Part shown: positions 30,053-38,423 of the stretch, in pieces
How positions within the stretch are numbered: position 1 is the stretch's first letter
How the letters are laid out: every line of letters starts with the position of its first letter
Origin: Ignavibacteriales bacterium
Lineage (GTDB): Bacteria; Bacteroidota; Ignavibacteria; UBA10030; SZUA-254
NCBI GenBank assembly: GCA_016218025.1
Contig: JACRFD010000073.1
Span: 4,001-68,000 of the forward strand
DNA: 64,000 nt
Direction: 5' to 3'
The notes under the pieces: generated by a model
Seen by the model: only the letters and a program-made list of their open reading frames with translations
What the model was told of the DNA's origin: nothing
The model's database searches: none
Translations under genes and position numbers: made by a program

Positions 30053-31204
30053 TTACGGTAAAATAGTATATATGATAAAAAGTTTCGGTTGTAGCTTCCA
30101 TTCAGATTTGTTGTTGAAGATCGCAAACTGATCGAATGAATAATTTTCGCTGTATGGTCTTATCAATAGTCCATTATTCGGTTCTCTAACTAACCATGTT
30201 TGAACTATTGATTTAATATCTGCAGTATAAATTTTTTGTCCATCTTTTATTGAAGGAACGCAAAGAGTTCCAAGTGCCGTAGAGTCGTAAGGATAAACGC
30301 TTTTACGGATTAAATGTACAATTAGCGAATCATGAGTGTGAATATTGGCTAACGGATAAGTTGTGTCGGTTGTAAGTTGTATTATTGCCCGTGTGATGCT
30401 AATCCGTTTTGGCAGCATGCTTAAATCGAATAGCAATCTTCCGCGTTGTCCGATACTTCCCTGAACAAGAATTTTTGTTTCCTCTTGTATCAAATTGCCA
30501 TTTGAAACAAATGTCGATTGAACTGCATTTGTACTAAAATGTTTGATGGAGTCATCACCCGGAATACGATACGCTACGGTCAGCGATGATATTGTATCTA
30601 CGAAAGAATTTATTCTTGTTCCGACAATAACGTTGCTTCCATCGAGTGCAGGTTTCAATAAAATTCCATTGGGAGAGTTGGTTTTATTTTTTACCCATTT
30701 ATGGACGAGAGAATCTATCGGTATATTGATGCTTCGGAGTCCGGTGAAAGAATTCTGGAATGCATACTTAGCGGTTGGATCATATGAATCGGCTAAGGAA
30801 TCCCATGTAAATGTAGATTGATTCCAACCCTTGATCATTTCATAAATGCCGAATCTTATATCACCGATCGTGTCGGGATAAGCATAATTTAAATGTAATG
30901 TTATGTAAGCTGAATCAATTAGAGCGCTATCGGGAACATTAGTTAAACCTGAAAATTGTAACAAGCCGTTTGATTCAATAGCTGTTCCTGAAGCAGAATA
31001 TTTTCCCACAAATATATGCGGTGTGCCTGAATATCGATATACGAATGAACTGTCTGCATATGAATTAAGCTCTAGAGTTGTAACGGAGAGTGTATCTGAA
31101 GGAGAAACAAGTCCGACACCAACTTTCCCCGGTTCGTTGCTGCAGCCGGAGATAAACGGAATTAGAATTGGAATGACGATTATTAAAAATAATAGATTCT
31201 TCAT
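30053..31204 (-). CDS. Lipoprotein of unknown function (DUF4270-like by context)
   Basis: Lipobox LIPFISGCSNE. It lies directly downstream of the short GlgA-like gene and gmhB, an arrangement I recall for DUF4270 lipoproteins in Bacteroidota. The sequence match is not verified. Confidence 0.35.
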   Translation of the reverse strand: MKNLLFLIIVIPILIPFISGCSNEPGKVGVGLVSPSDTLSVTTLELNSYADSSFVYRYSGTPHIFVGKYSASGTAIESNGLLQFSGLTNVPDSALIDSAYITLHLNYAYPDTIGDIRFGIYEMIKGWNQSTFTWDSLADSYDPTAKYAFQNSFTGLRSINIPIDSLVHKWVKNKTNSPNGILLKPALDGSNVIVGTRINSFVDTISSLTVAYRIPGDDSIKHFSTNAVQSTFVSNGNLIQEETKILVQGSIGQRGRLLFDLSMLPKRISITRAIIQLTTDTTYPLANIHTHDSLIVHLIRKSVYPYDSTALGTLCVPSIKDGQKIYTADIKSIVQTWLVREPNNGLLIRPYSENYSFDQFAIFNNKSEWKLQPKLFIIYTILP

Positions 31205-31809
31205 GAGATTTTGATTGTAGCGTTTTGATTTTGTTCTTTATTAAATTTTTCTTCTATAAATTTTATTGCATCTAATAAATCGGCAGCAACATAATCGACG
31301 GGAATATTTTTCATCCGACATATTTTTAGCTCCTCCTGACCATATCCAGTTTGAACAAGGATTGAAGTTGTTCCGCAAGCAGATGCAGTTTCCACGTCGA
31401 TTGCTTTATCACCGATTAGGTATGATTTTGAGATTTCTATTTCAAAATCTTTGGATGCTTGCAGTATCATTCCCGGTTTTGGTTTTCGGCAGGTACAATC
31501 TTTCCGGTATTCAGGCAGCCCGGTATCTGGATGATGAGGGCAATAATAAACTCCGTCGATGTTGGCACCATTGCGGCGAAGATTTTCAATCAAAGCATTG
31601 TGAATTACTTCAAGTTGCTCTTCGGTTAAAATTCCGCGCGCAATTCCCGACTGATTTGTAGCAATAATAACTTTCAACCCAAGGTCATTTGCAATTTTAA
31701 TTGCTTCTGCAGATCGCGGTAAAAGATGGAGCTCTTTAGGTGAGCTTAGGTAATTTACTTCCTCGATGATCGTACCGTCGCGATCTAGAAAAATTCCGAT
31801 ACGACTCAT
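31201..31809 (-). CDS. gmhB: D-glycero-D-manno-heptose 1,7-bisphosphate phosphatase (HAD-IIIA)
   Basis: FLDRDGT motif I, TNQSGIARG motif II, Zn-site YYCPHHP...C-x-C-RKP. Confidence 0.85.
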   Translation of the reverse strand: MSRIGIFLDRDGTIIEEVNYLSSPKELHLLPRSAEAIKIANDLGLKVIIATNQSGIARGILTEEQLEVIHNALIENLRRNGANIDGVYYCPHHPDTGLPEYRKDCTCRKPKPGMILQASKDFEIEISKSYLIGDKAIDVETASACGTTSILVQTGYGQEELKICRMKNIPVDYVAADLLDAIKFIEEKFNKEQNQNATIKIS

Positions 31810-32672
31810 TAGATTTTCTTCGATAGATCCCGATAAATATCGACGAGTTTACTGGCAAGCTGATCGTGTCCGGAACCATTTTCGGTGCTCATCGAAACAA
31901 TTGATGATTTTCTGCTGTTAAGAATTTTCTCGACGTCATCACATGGAGCTTTCAGAATGCCTTTATCGGCTTTGCTGCCAAAAGTTGTAATTATATCTGC
32001 GAATGATAATCCCATTTTCAAAAAATTCAGCTTATCGGCATCATGACCGTTGCCGTTTCCTGAAAATAAATTCAAAGGTAAACCTGATTTTTCCAAAGAG
32101 CTTTTTGGGAAAGTTGCATGTGATGCCATACTGTAAACCGTAAAAACCGTTCTGACGTTTTTAAAATATGGATCGTTTTTATATAAAGTTTTTAGATACG
32201 CCGGTATTAATCCTGCTTGCCAATCATTGCAATGAATAATATCCGGCTGCCAGTGAAGCCGCTTTAACGTTTCCAATACTCCTCGGCAGAAGAAGATGAA
32301 TCTTTCATCATTATCCGGGAAATATTTTTTTGTCTCCGGATGATAATATAATCCTTCACGATTAAAGTATCTGTCATTAGCCAAAAAATATACCAGAACT
32401 TTATGATTTTCACTGCAAAGATAAGAAGATTTGATGTGAGCATGCTCGTATGTCGAAGATATCGGTACTTCGATATCTTTCATCCGTAGCAAATTGTGCA
32501 GTTGAAATCGTCGATTGCTGATCGATCCATAACCGGGAAGCATAACTCGGATATCATGACCGAGCGATTTCAGCGATTTCGGTAGATTACCAGCAAGATC
32601 GCCGATGCTGCCGGTTTTTATAAACGGATCAACTTCGCTTGCTACAAAAAGTATCCCAATTGGTTTTGCCAT
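31809..32672 (-). CDS. Short glycogen/starch-synthase-like protein (N-terminal Glyco_transf_5 half only)
   Basis: ILFVASEVDPFIKTGSIGDLAGNLPKSLKSLGHDIRVMLPGYG is a GlgA N-terminus with KTGS(I) in place of KxGG(L). At 287 aa it lacks the C-terminal GT1 domain. Confidence 0.7.
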   Translation of the reverse strand: MAKPIGILFVASEVDPFIKTGSIGDLAGNLPKSLKSLGHDIRVMLPGYGSISNRRFQLHNLLRMKDIEVPISSTYEHAHIKSSYLCSENHKVLVYFLANDRYFNREGLYYHPETKKYFPDNDERFIFFCRGVLETLKRLHWQPDIIHCNDWQAGLIPAYLKTLYKNDPYFKNVRTVFTVYSMASHATFPKSSLEKSGLPLNLFSGNGNGHDADKLNFLKMGLSFADIITTFGSKADKGILKAPCDDVEKILNSRKSSIVSMSTENGSGHDQLASKLVDIYRDLSKKI

Positions 32673-32751
32673 GATACCCTAATAATATGAGGAAATCAAA
32701 AAGATTTGCTGTATAATTTACGAATAATTCGTTAAAAAAACAACAATATTC

Positions 32752-32780
32752 TTGACATTCTAATAAAGATTCAATATATT
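32752..32780 (+). promoter_or_regulatory. Sigma-70-like promoter candidate upstream of porU
   Basis: TTGACA (32752-32757), a 17-nt spacer, then TATATT (32775-32780). It lies about 170 nt upstream of the 32949 ATG. The promoter rules of this lineage are unknown to me. Confidence 0.3.
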
Positions 32781-32948
32781 TATTCAATAAATTTTTTCAT
32801 CAACCGGAGCTTTTTCTATCGATATTGTTAAAGGTTAACGTTTAATCAGTTATTTTCTGCATTAGCAGATTTTATTTATATTTTTCAGATAATAATATTG
32901 AAACCTTTAACAAAATATAGCGAAAGAAAAAGTCGGTTATTCAACCGG

Positions 32949-35900
32949 ATGTCTTTTTTTATTCGACGTTCGGTTTTTCGTTTTATTTACCATTCTCTAT
33001 TCATTTCATATTTAATTCTTTCATCTTCTGATTCCTTAAAAGCCCAAGATGCTACTATTATTGATTCCGATGTATCTGGTTGCACGGTTGAATATATCCC
33101 AAATTATTTAGCACAAGAAACACTTTTTGTAGATGGAACTGAAACAGTTCGGCTGGTTTTTAGCGGTGCAATCGGTTCATCGCAGCAAAAATACGGAGAA
33201 CCGGAAATCAGGTTTCGTTCGATTTTGATTGATCTGCCGGGAATGGAAAAGAATTCAGTATCTGTTCTTCAGAGTGAGTATGAAGAAATTCGCAATGTAA
33301 ATATTCCGCCGGTTCCATTTCCTGAAATAAATTCTAACGGCTTAGTTTCGAATTATCGATTAACACAATCGTATTATACTCAATCCGGATTATTGCCTAA
33401 AGATATTGTATGGCTTGAACATATCGGTGAAACAAGAGGAACTTTTATCGGTTCTTTGAGAATTTCTCCGATTCAATTCGATCCGGCAAAAAAAATATTA
33501 CTGAAATATACACGATTGAAAATACGTATTAATTATGGTAATATCGGTGAGTTACACAGAAATATCGGAATCAAAGATGATTTCGGAAAAAATGATATAA
33601 TTAATTTCCGTAAAGGGAAGATGTCTCCAGGTTTTCCTGTTTCAGCTAAACGCAACAGTGTGCTTAGTTCGGGAACATGGTTCAGATTTAATGTTCAAGA
33701 AAACGGAATCTATAAACTCACTGGAAGAACAATGATTAGTGCGGGCATTCCGTCCGGCACCAACCCTGGAACGATACGGTTATATTCAAACGGTGGATTT
33801 GAATTGCCGATAGATATATCTTCGACATACCCTGATGATCTGACTCAAATTGCGATAGAAATTTTTGATGGAGATTCAGTTGGACGACTCGATCCTGATG
33901 ATTACATAGTTTTTTATGGAAAAAGTTCGAGGGGCTGGAAATATACTCCTTCATCAAAATCGTTTTCCCATTATATCAACCGATTCGATGACGATTCATA
34001 TTATTGGCTGACGTATAGTGGCGTGGCGGCAAAACAAGCTCCGGTTGTTCCATCCACTCATTTACCTACCGGTGTGCACAATTTGCAAAGTGTTGAAGCA
34101 AAACTATTTAGGGAAGATGACAAATCGAATGTGTTTGATTCCGGAATTGAATGGCTCGGCGAATCTTTTCAACCTGGCGGACAAATCTTATATCGTCATC
34201 AGCTTGCCGGAATAGATTTAACTTTACCAATTAGATATAAATTTAAATTGGGTTCATTGGCTGATCAATATTCTACATTTGAAATATTTGAACATGATTC
34301 TCTGATATCATCGCTCTCGCTGTACGGGGGTCCGGCTGAATATCCAAATTTATATTCTAATCAGGTTTCGGTCCCGGGGGCTATTCCGAATTTTTCAGAA
34401 GACCAATCTGTTTTAAGATTTCGATATAATACTTCATCATCCAGCGGACGGGGATATATAGATTGGTACGAAATATTTTACCGCAGACAACTAAAAGCAC
34501 AAAGCGACTATTTTTCATTCAATACTCCCGATACAAACACTATTGTTAATTGCCGAATATCGGGTTTTAGTGGTGGTGCAGTGCGTGTTTACGATGTAAC
34601 CCGGTTCGATAGTCTCATCGTTATCGGTGATATTTTTGTTTCGATGGATACTGCTGATTTTCAGCTAAATCTTAATGCCGGCAGCACAAGAGAAATTTAT
34701 GCTGTCGGACAAAATGGATTCAAATCTCCAGGACCATTATCCACAGTTAAAAATCAAAATATACACGGCGACGATAATGAGGCGGAGTTTGTAATTATAA
34801 CTCATAAAGATTTTTTATCGGCTGCCGATAAATTGAAGCGATACCGTGAAAACAAAATGTCTAATCCGATCTCGACACACGTTTTTGATTTGGATGAAAT
34901 TTATAATGAATTTGGCTGCGGCAGCAGCTCACCTATGGCTGTTCGGAATTTTTTAAAGTATGCATATTTAAACTGGCAAAAACCCCCTAAATATTTACTG
35001 CTTTTTGGTGATGGAGATTATGACTATAAGCGTATTACGGGCATTATAGAACCAAATCGTGTGCCTCCGTGGGAATCTCAGGAATCGTTTTATCAGTTAA
35101 ATTCATATGCCAGCGATGATCTGTATGGAATTTTTTTCTCAGGTGACCGTGTGAATATTGGAATAGGAAGATTGCCCGTTTCAACTTCATCGGAAGCTGA
35201 AGATGTGGTAAATAAAATTATTAGTTACGAGACAGAATCGGTTGCAGATTTGTGGAAATTGAGATTTACTTTCGTTGCAGATGATGGTCCCGCTGCACCA
35301 GGTAGGAACGACGATTCGATTCATATGGTACATGCAGACGGCATTGCGGCAATGGTACCACGGTTGTTCGAACAGAAAAAAATATATGCGTATGAATATC
35401 CTACTTTATATACACCTGCCGGCAGACGAAAACCAACAGCTAATGAAGCAATTCGTAACTCAATCAATCAGGGAAGCATAATTTTAAATTTTGCCGGACA
35501 CGGCAATCCCAGGTTATGGACTCATGAAGCAATATTCGTCAGGGAAACCGATTTCCCGTTGTTGAATAATAACGGAAGATATTTCTTCTTGGTGGCTGCA
35601 ACATGTAATTATGCAGTTTTTGATTTGCCAAACGAAAAATCAAGCGGTGAGCTTTTAATGCTGATGAAAAATGCAGGTGCAATCGGAGTTTTTTCTGCTC
35701 TTCGTCCGGTATATGCAGATGATAACTATGCGTTGAATGCGAATCTTTACCGTGCCATGATTGACACAACTCGATTCGGTACAATAAGGTCTCAAAGATT
35801 GGGTGATATTGTTTATCGAACCAAACAACAGATAACAGATTTGACAAACGATAGAAAATATTTCCTGATTGGTGATCCCGCAATGGAACTTGCCTTCCCC

Positions 35901-36968
35901 AAATTTGTTGCTTCAGTAGATAGTATAAATCATACTGTCAACACGCAGCCAATTCAACTGCCTGCTCTAAGCCGTGCAAATATCGACGCATCTATAAGAG
36001 ATACAAGTTTAAATTTGCTTCAACAATTTTCAGGTAAATGTAAGTTGGCAGTATATGATGCCGATAAAAGCAACATCATTTATGCGCCCGAATTAGGAAG
36101 CGGTTATAAATATACAACATCAGGATCGATTATATTCAAGGGTCAGGATACAATTGTAAATGGGAAAATGAATGGAGAATTTATCATCCCCAAAGATATC
36201 TCATATTCGAATGCACAGGGTCGGGCTGTAATTTACTTTACCGGAGATTCTGTTGATGGTGCCGGGTTCACAAGAAATATTATACTGAATGGAACAGACA
36301 CAACTGCAATTGCAGATGACCGCGGACCGCAAATTTCTTTATTTATAGATAGACGTAATTTTAGGGCGGGTGATGTTGTAAATAGTTCTCCGGTCCTTAT
36401 AGCAGATCTGATTGACTCAAGCGGAATTAATACATCCGGAGGAGGTGTTGGACATCGGCTTGAAGCGTGGCTCGATAATAACTCTGAAAGCATCGATCTT
36501 TCGGAATATTATTCAAGCAAAGTCAATACATATCGTATAGGTACTGTTGAATATCCTCTCGGTCCACTAAGTAATGGTACTCATACTCTACGTTTACGTG
36601 CATGGGATACATATAATAATCCATCTACTTCTGAAACAATGTTCAATGTTGTGTCGGGTACAGGTTTAACTCTGTCGCATATTTTCAATTATCCCAATCC
36701 AATCTCAAATGTTACATATTTTACATTCGAACATAATCAGGTAAATCCGATTGATGCTGAAGTGAAAATTTATACCGTTGCCGGACGGTTAATCCAGGCA
36801 ATAAACAAAAAAGGGATATTGGATAAATTTGTAAAAATTTATTGGGATGGATTTGATAAAGATGGAGATCGTTTAGCAAATGGAGTTTATTTATACAAAA
36901 TTATCGCAAAAACACCTGATGGAAGATTCAATACTGAGGCGGTTGGTAAGATGAGTGTTCTACGGTAA
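32949..36968 (+). CDS. porU: T9SS sortase PorU (C25 gingipain-like peptidase); the track ORF begins at TTG 32898
   Basis: Signal peptide from M18. Catalytic-type His in NFAGHGNP and Cys in LVAATCNYA. Its own CTD-like C-terminus (VKIYTVAGRLI...ANGVYLYKIIA). porV follows immediately. Confidence 0.85.
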   Translation: MSFFIRRSVFRFIYHSLFISYLILSSSDSLKAQDATIIDSDVSGCTVEYIPNYLAQETLFVDGTETVRLVFSGAIGSSQQKYGEPEIRFRSILIDLPGMEKNSVSVLQSEYEEIRNVNIPPVPFPEINSNGLVSNYRLTQSYYTQSGLLPKDIVWLEHIGETRGTFIGSLRISPIQFDPAKKILLKYTRLKIRINYGNIGELHRNIGIKDDFGKNDIINFRKGKMSPGFPVSAKRNSVLSSGTWFRFNVQENGIYKLTGRTMISAGIPSGTNPGTIRLYSNGGFELPIDISSTYPDDLTQIAIEIFDGDSVGRLDPDDYIVFYGKSSRGWKYTPSSKSFSHYINRFDDDSYYWLTYSGVAAKQAPVVPSTHLPTGVHNLQSVEAKLFREDDKSNVFDSGIEWLGESFQPGGQILYRHQLAGIDLTLPIRYKFKLGSLADQYSTFEIFEHDSLISSLSLYGGPAEYPNLYSNQVSVPGAIPNFSEDQSVLRFRYNTSSSSGRGYIDWYEIFYRRQLKAQSDYFSFNTPDTNTIVNCRISGFSGGAVRVYDVTRFDSLIVIGDIFVSMDTADFQLNLNAGSTREIYAVGQNGFKSPGPLSTVKNQNIHGDDNEAEFVIITHKDFLSAADKLKRYRENKMSNPISTHVFDLDEIYNEFGCGSSSPMAVRNFLKYAYLNWQKPPKYLLLFGDGDYDYKRITGIIEPNRVPPWESQESFYQLNSYASDDLYGIFFSGDRVNIGIGRLPVSTSSEAEDVVNKIISYETESVADLWKLRFTFVADDGPAAPGRNDDSIHMVHADGIAAMVPRLFEQKKIYAYEYPTLYTPAGRRKPTANEAIRNSINQGSIILNFAGHGNPRLWTHEAIFVRETDFPLLNNNGRYFFLVAATCNYAVFDLPNEKSSGELLMLMKNAGAIGVFSALRPVYADDNYALNANLYRAMIDTTRFGTIRSQRLGDIVYRTKQQITDLTNDRKYFLIGDPAMELAFPKFVASVDSINHTVNTQPIQLPALSRANIDASIRDTSLNLLQQFSGKCKLAVYDADKSNIIYAPELGSGYKYTTSGSIIFKGQDTIVNGKMNGEFIIPKDISYSNAQGRAVIYFTGDSVDGAGFTRNIILNGTDTTAIADDRGPQISLFIDRRNFRAGDVVNSSPVLIADLIDSSGINTSGGGVGHRLEAWLDNNSESIDLSEYYSSKVNTYRIGTVEYPLGPLSNGTHTLRLRAWDTYNNPSTSETMFNVVSGTGLTLSHIFNYPNPISNVTYFTFEHNQVNPIDAEVKIYTVAGRLIQAINKKGILDKFVKIYWDGFDKDGDRLANGVYLYKIIAKTPDGRFNTEAVGKMSVLR

Positions 36969-37080
36969 TGAATTTTTTATGTAGTTGCTTATAAAAAACA
37001 AAGATGGTACATTTAAATATCAAGATGGAGAAACCAGAGTTTAATCATTATTTTTATTTCATTTTCAAAGGATAATACTT

Positions 37081-38253
37081 ATGAGATCGAAAGTATTCGG
37101 GAATAAAAAATCCCAAATTTTTATTATTTTAGCAGTTTTGCTAATATCTGCTGTTCAGTTGTACGGGCAGGGTGAATCGGCTGTGCCATTTTTACTGATA
37201 GCACCCAACGCACGTGCTGATGGTATGGGGGAAGCCGGTGTTGCATTGTCTGATGATGGTGCCGCCTCTTACTGGAACCCCGGTGGACTGGCATTTGAAA
37301 AGTATCAGGAGGTGAGTATCACGCACTCGAATTGGCTGCCGCAATTTCATCTCTCAGATCTCTTCTATGAGTTTTTGTCTTACCGAAATAACATCGAAGA
37401 TTGGGGGGGCACTGTTTCGGGAAGTATTATCTATTTAAACCTCGGTGAATTCAATAGGCGTGGTGAAAACAATGAAGACCTCGGAACATTCAAAGCATAC
37501 GAGTTTGCTGTCTCAGGCGGATATTCAACAAAGGTTCTTTCTGAACTTGGAGTTGGAGTTAATTTACGATTTATATACAGCGCTCTTGATCCGCAAAAAT
37601 CTCAGAACCAGGCTCGCGGTGTTGCCTCGACTGTAAGTTTTGATATCGGTGCCTTGTGGAAACCGCAATCCCTCGTCATTCCCGGATTAGGAGACCTTGA
37701 GGATAGATTGGCAGTAGGATTCAACCTATCAAATCTTGGTCCTAAATTAACCTACATTCAACAAGCCCAGGCAGATCCTCTTCCAACAAATTTGCGTCTT
37801 GGATTTGCATTCAAGATAATTAAAAGTGAATTTAACAACATAACCGGTATTATCGATTTCAGCCGTATGCTTGTGCGTCGCTATCCTGCGGATACTTTAA
37901 AAAATCCTGATGGAACACCTGTTCAACCTCTTCAGGTAAAAGAATCGTATGTGGATAATCTTCCCAAATCTCTTATAAGCTCTTGGGGATCAGGTGGATT
38001 AAAAAAAGTAACGATAGCCGGCGGACTTGAATATTGGTATGGTAAACCGAAATTGTTCGCGCTACGTTGGGGATATTTCTATGAAGATCCTCATTACGGA
38101 AACAGAAAGTTTATGACTTTCGGTGCAGGTATCCGTTACGATATTTATGGGTTCGACTTCAGCTATCTATCCGCCATCGAAGAGAACCATCCGCTCAGCG
38201 AAACATTGCGATTTACTTTGTTGATGTCGTGGGGCGGTGAAGAAGAAGAATAA
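37081..38253 (+). CDS. porV: T9SS outer-membrane shuttle protein PorV (LptO)
   Basis: Signal peptide. FLLIAPNARADGMGEAGVAL...SYWNPGGLAF signature. 390 aa barrel directly downstream of porU. Confidence 0.85.
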   Translation: MRSKVFGNKKSQIFIILAVLLISAVQLYGQGESAVPFLLIAPNARADGMGEAGVALSDDGAASYWNPGGLAFEKYQEVSITHSNWLPQFHLSDLFYEFLSYRNNIEDWGGTVSGSIIYLNLGEFNRRGENNEDLGTFKAYEFAVSGGYSTKVLSELGVGVNLRFIYSALDPQKSQNQARGVASTVSFDIGALWKPQSLVIPGLGDLEDRLAVGFNLSNLGPKLTYIQQAQADPLPTNLRLGFAFKIIKSEFNNITGIIDFSRMLVRRYPADTLKNPDGTPVQPLQVKESYVDNLPKSLISSWGSGGLKKVTIAGGLEYWYGKPKLFALRWGYFYEDPHYGNRKFMTFGAGIRYDIYGFDFSYLSAIEENHPLSETLRFTLLMSWGGEEEE

Positions 38254-38289
38254 TGTTCGTGGCATTATTCCTACAAATAAGATAATTTG

Positions 38290-38389
38290 CGGGGTTGACT
38301 AAAAAGTAATTTTCACGTCAACAATTATGCAAAAATAAATTGTTTTCGATTGTGGAATCACAATTAACTGTACTTATTAGTCAACCCCG
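38290..38389. promoter_or_regulatory. Nested inverted repeats in the porV-downstream intergenic region
   Basis: Perfect 12-bp inverted repeat CGGGGTTGACTA (38290-38301) / TAGTCAACCCCG (38378-38389). Inner hairpins GTTGAC...GTCAAC (38295-38321) and ATTGTG-GAAT-CACAAT (38349-38364). A further GTCAAC lies at 38399-38404. Confidence 0.4.
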
Positions 38390-38423
38390 TTATTCATTTG
38401 TCAACTACCTTTTTGGATTTCCG

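Noticed and set aside
38340-38423. TTG-initiated N-terminal extension of the M6-like ORF (MFSIVESQLTVLISQPRYSFVNYLFGFP...).
   Set aside because: It would translate through the nested inverted repeats. The signal peptide only begins at the GTG at 38424 (VKKLNLIIPLLIFVPIFIYGQ), so the extension is most likely non-coding.
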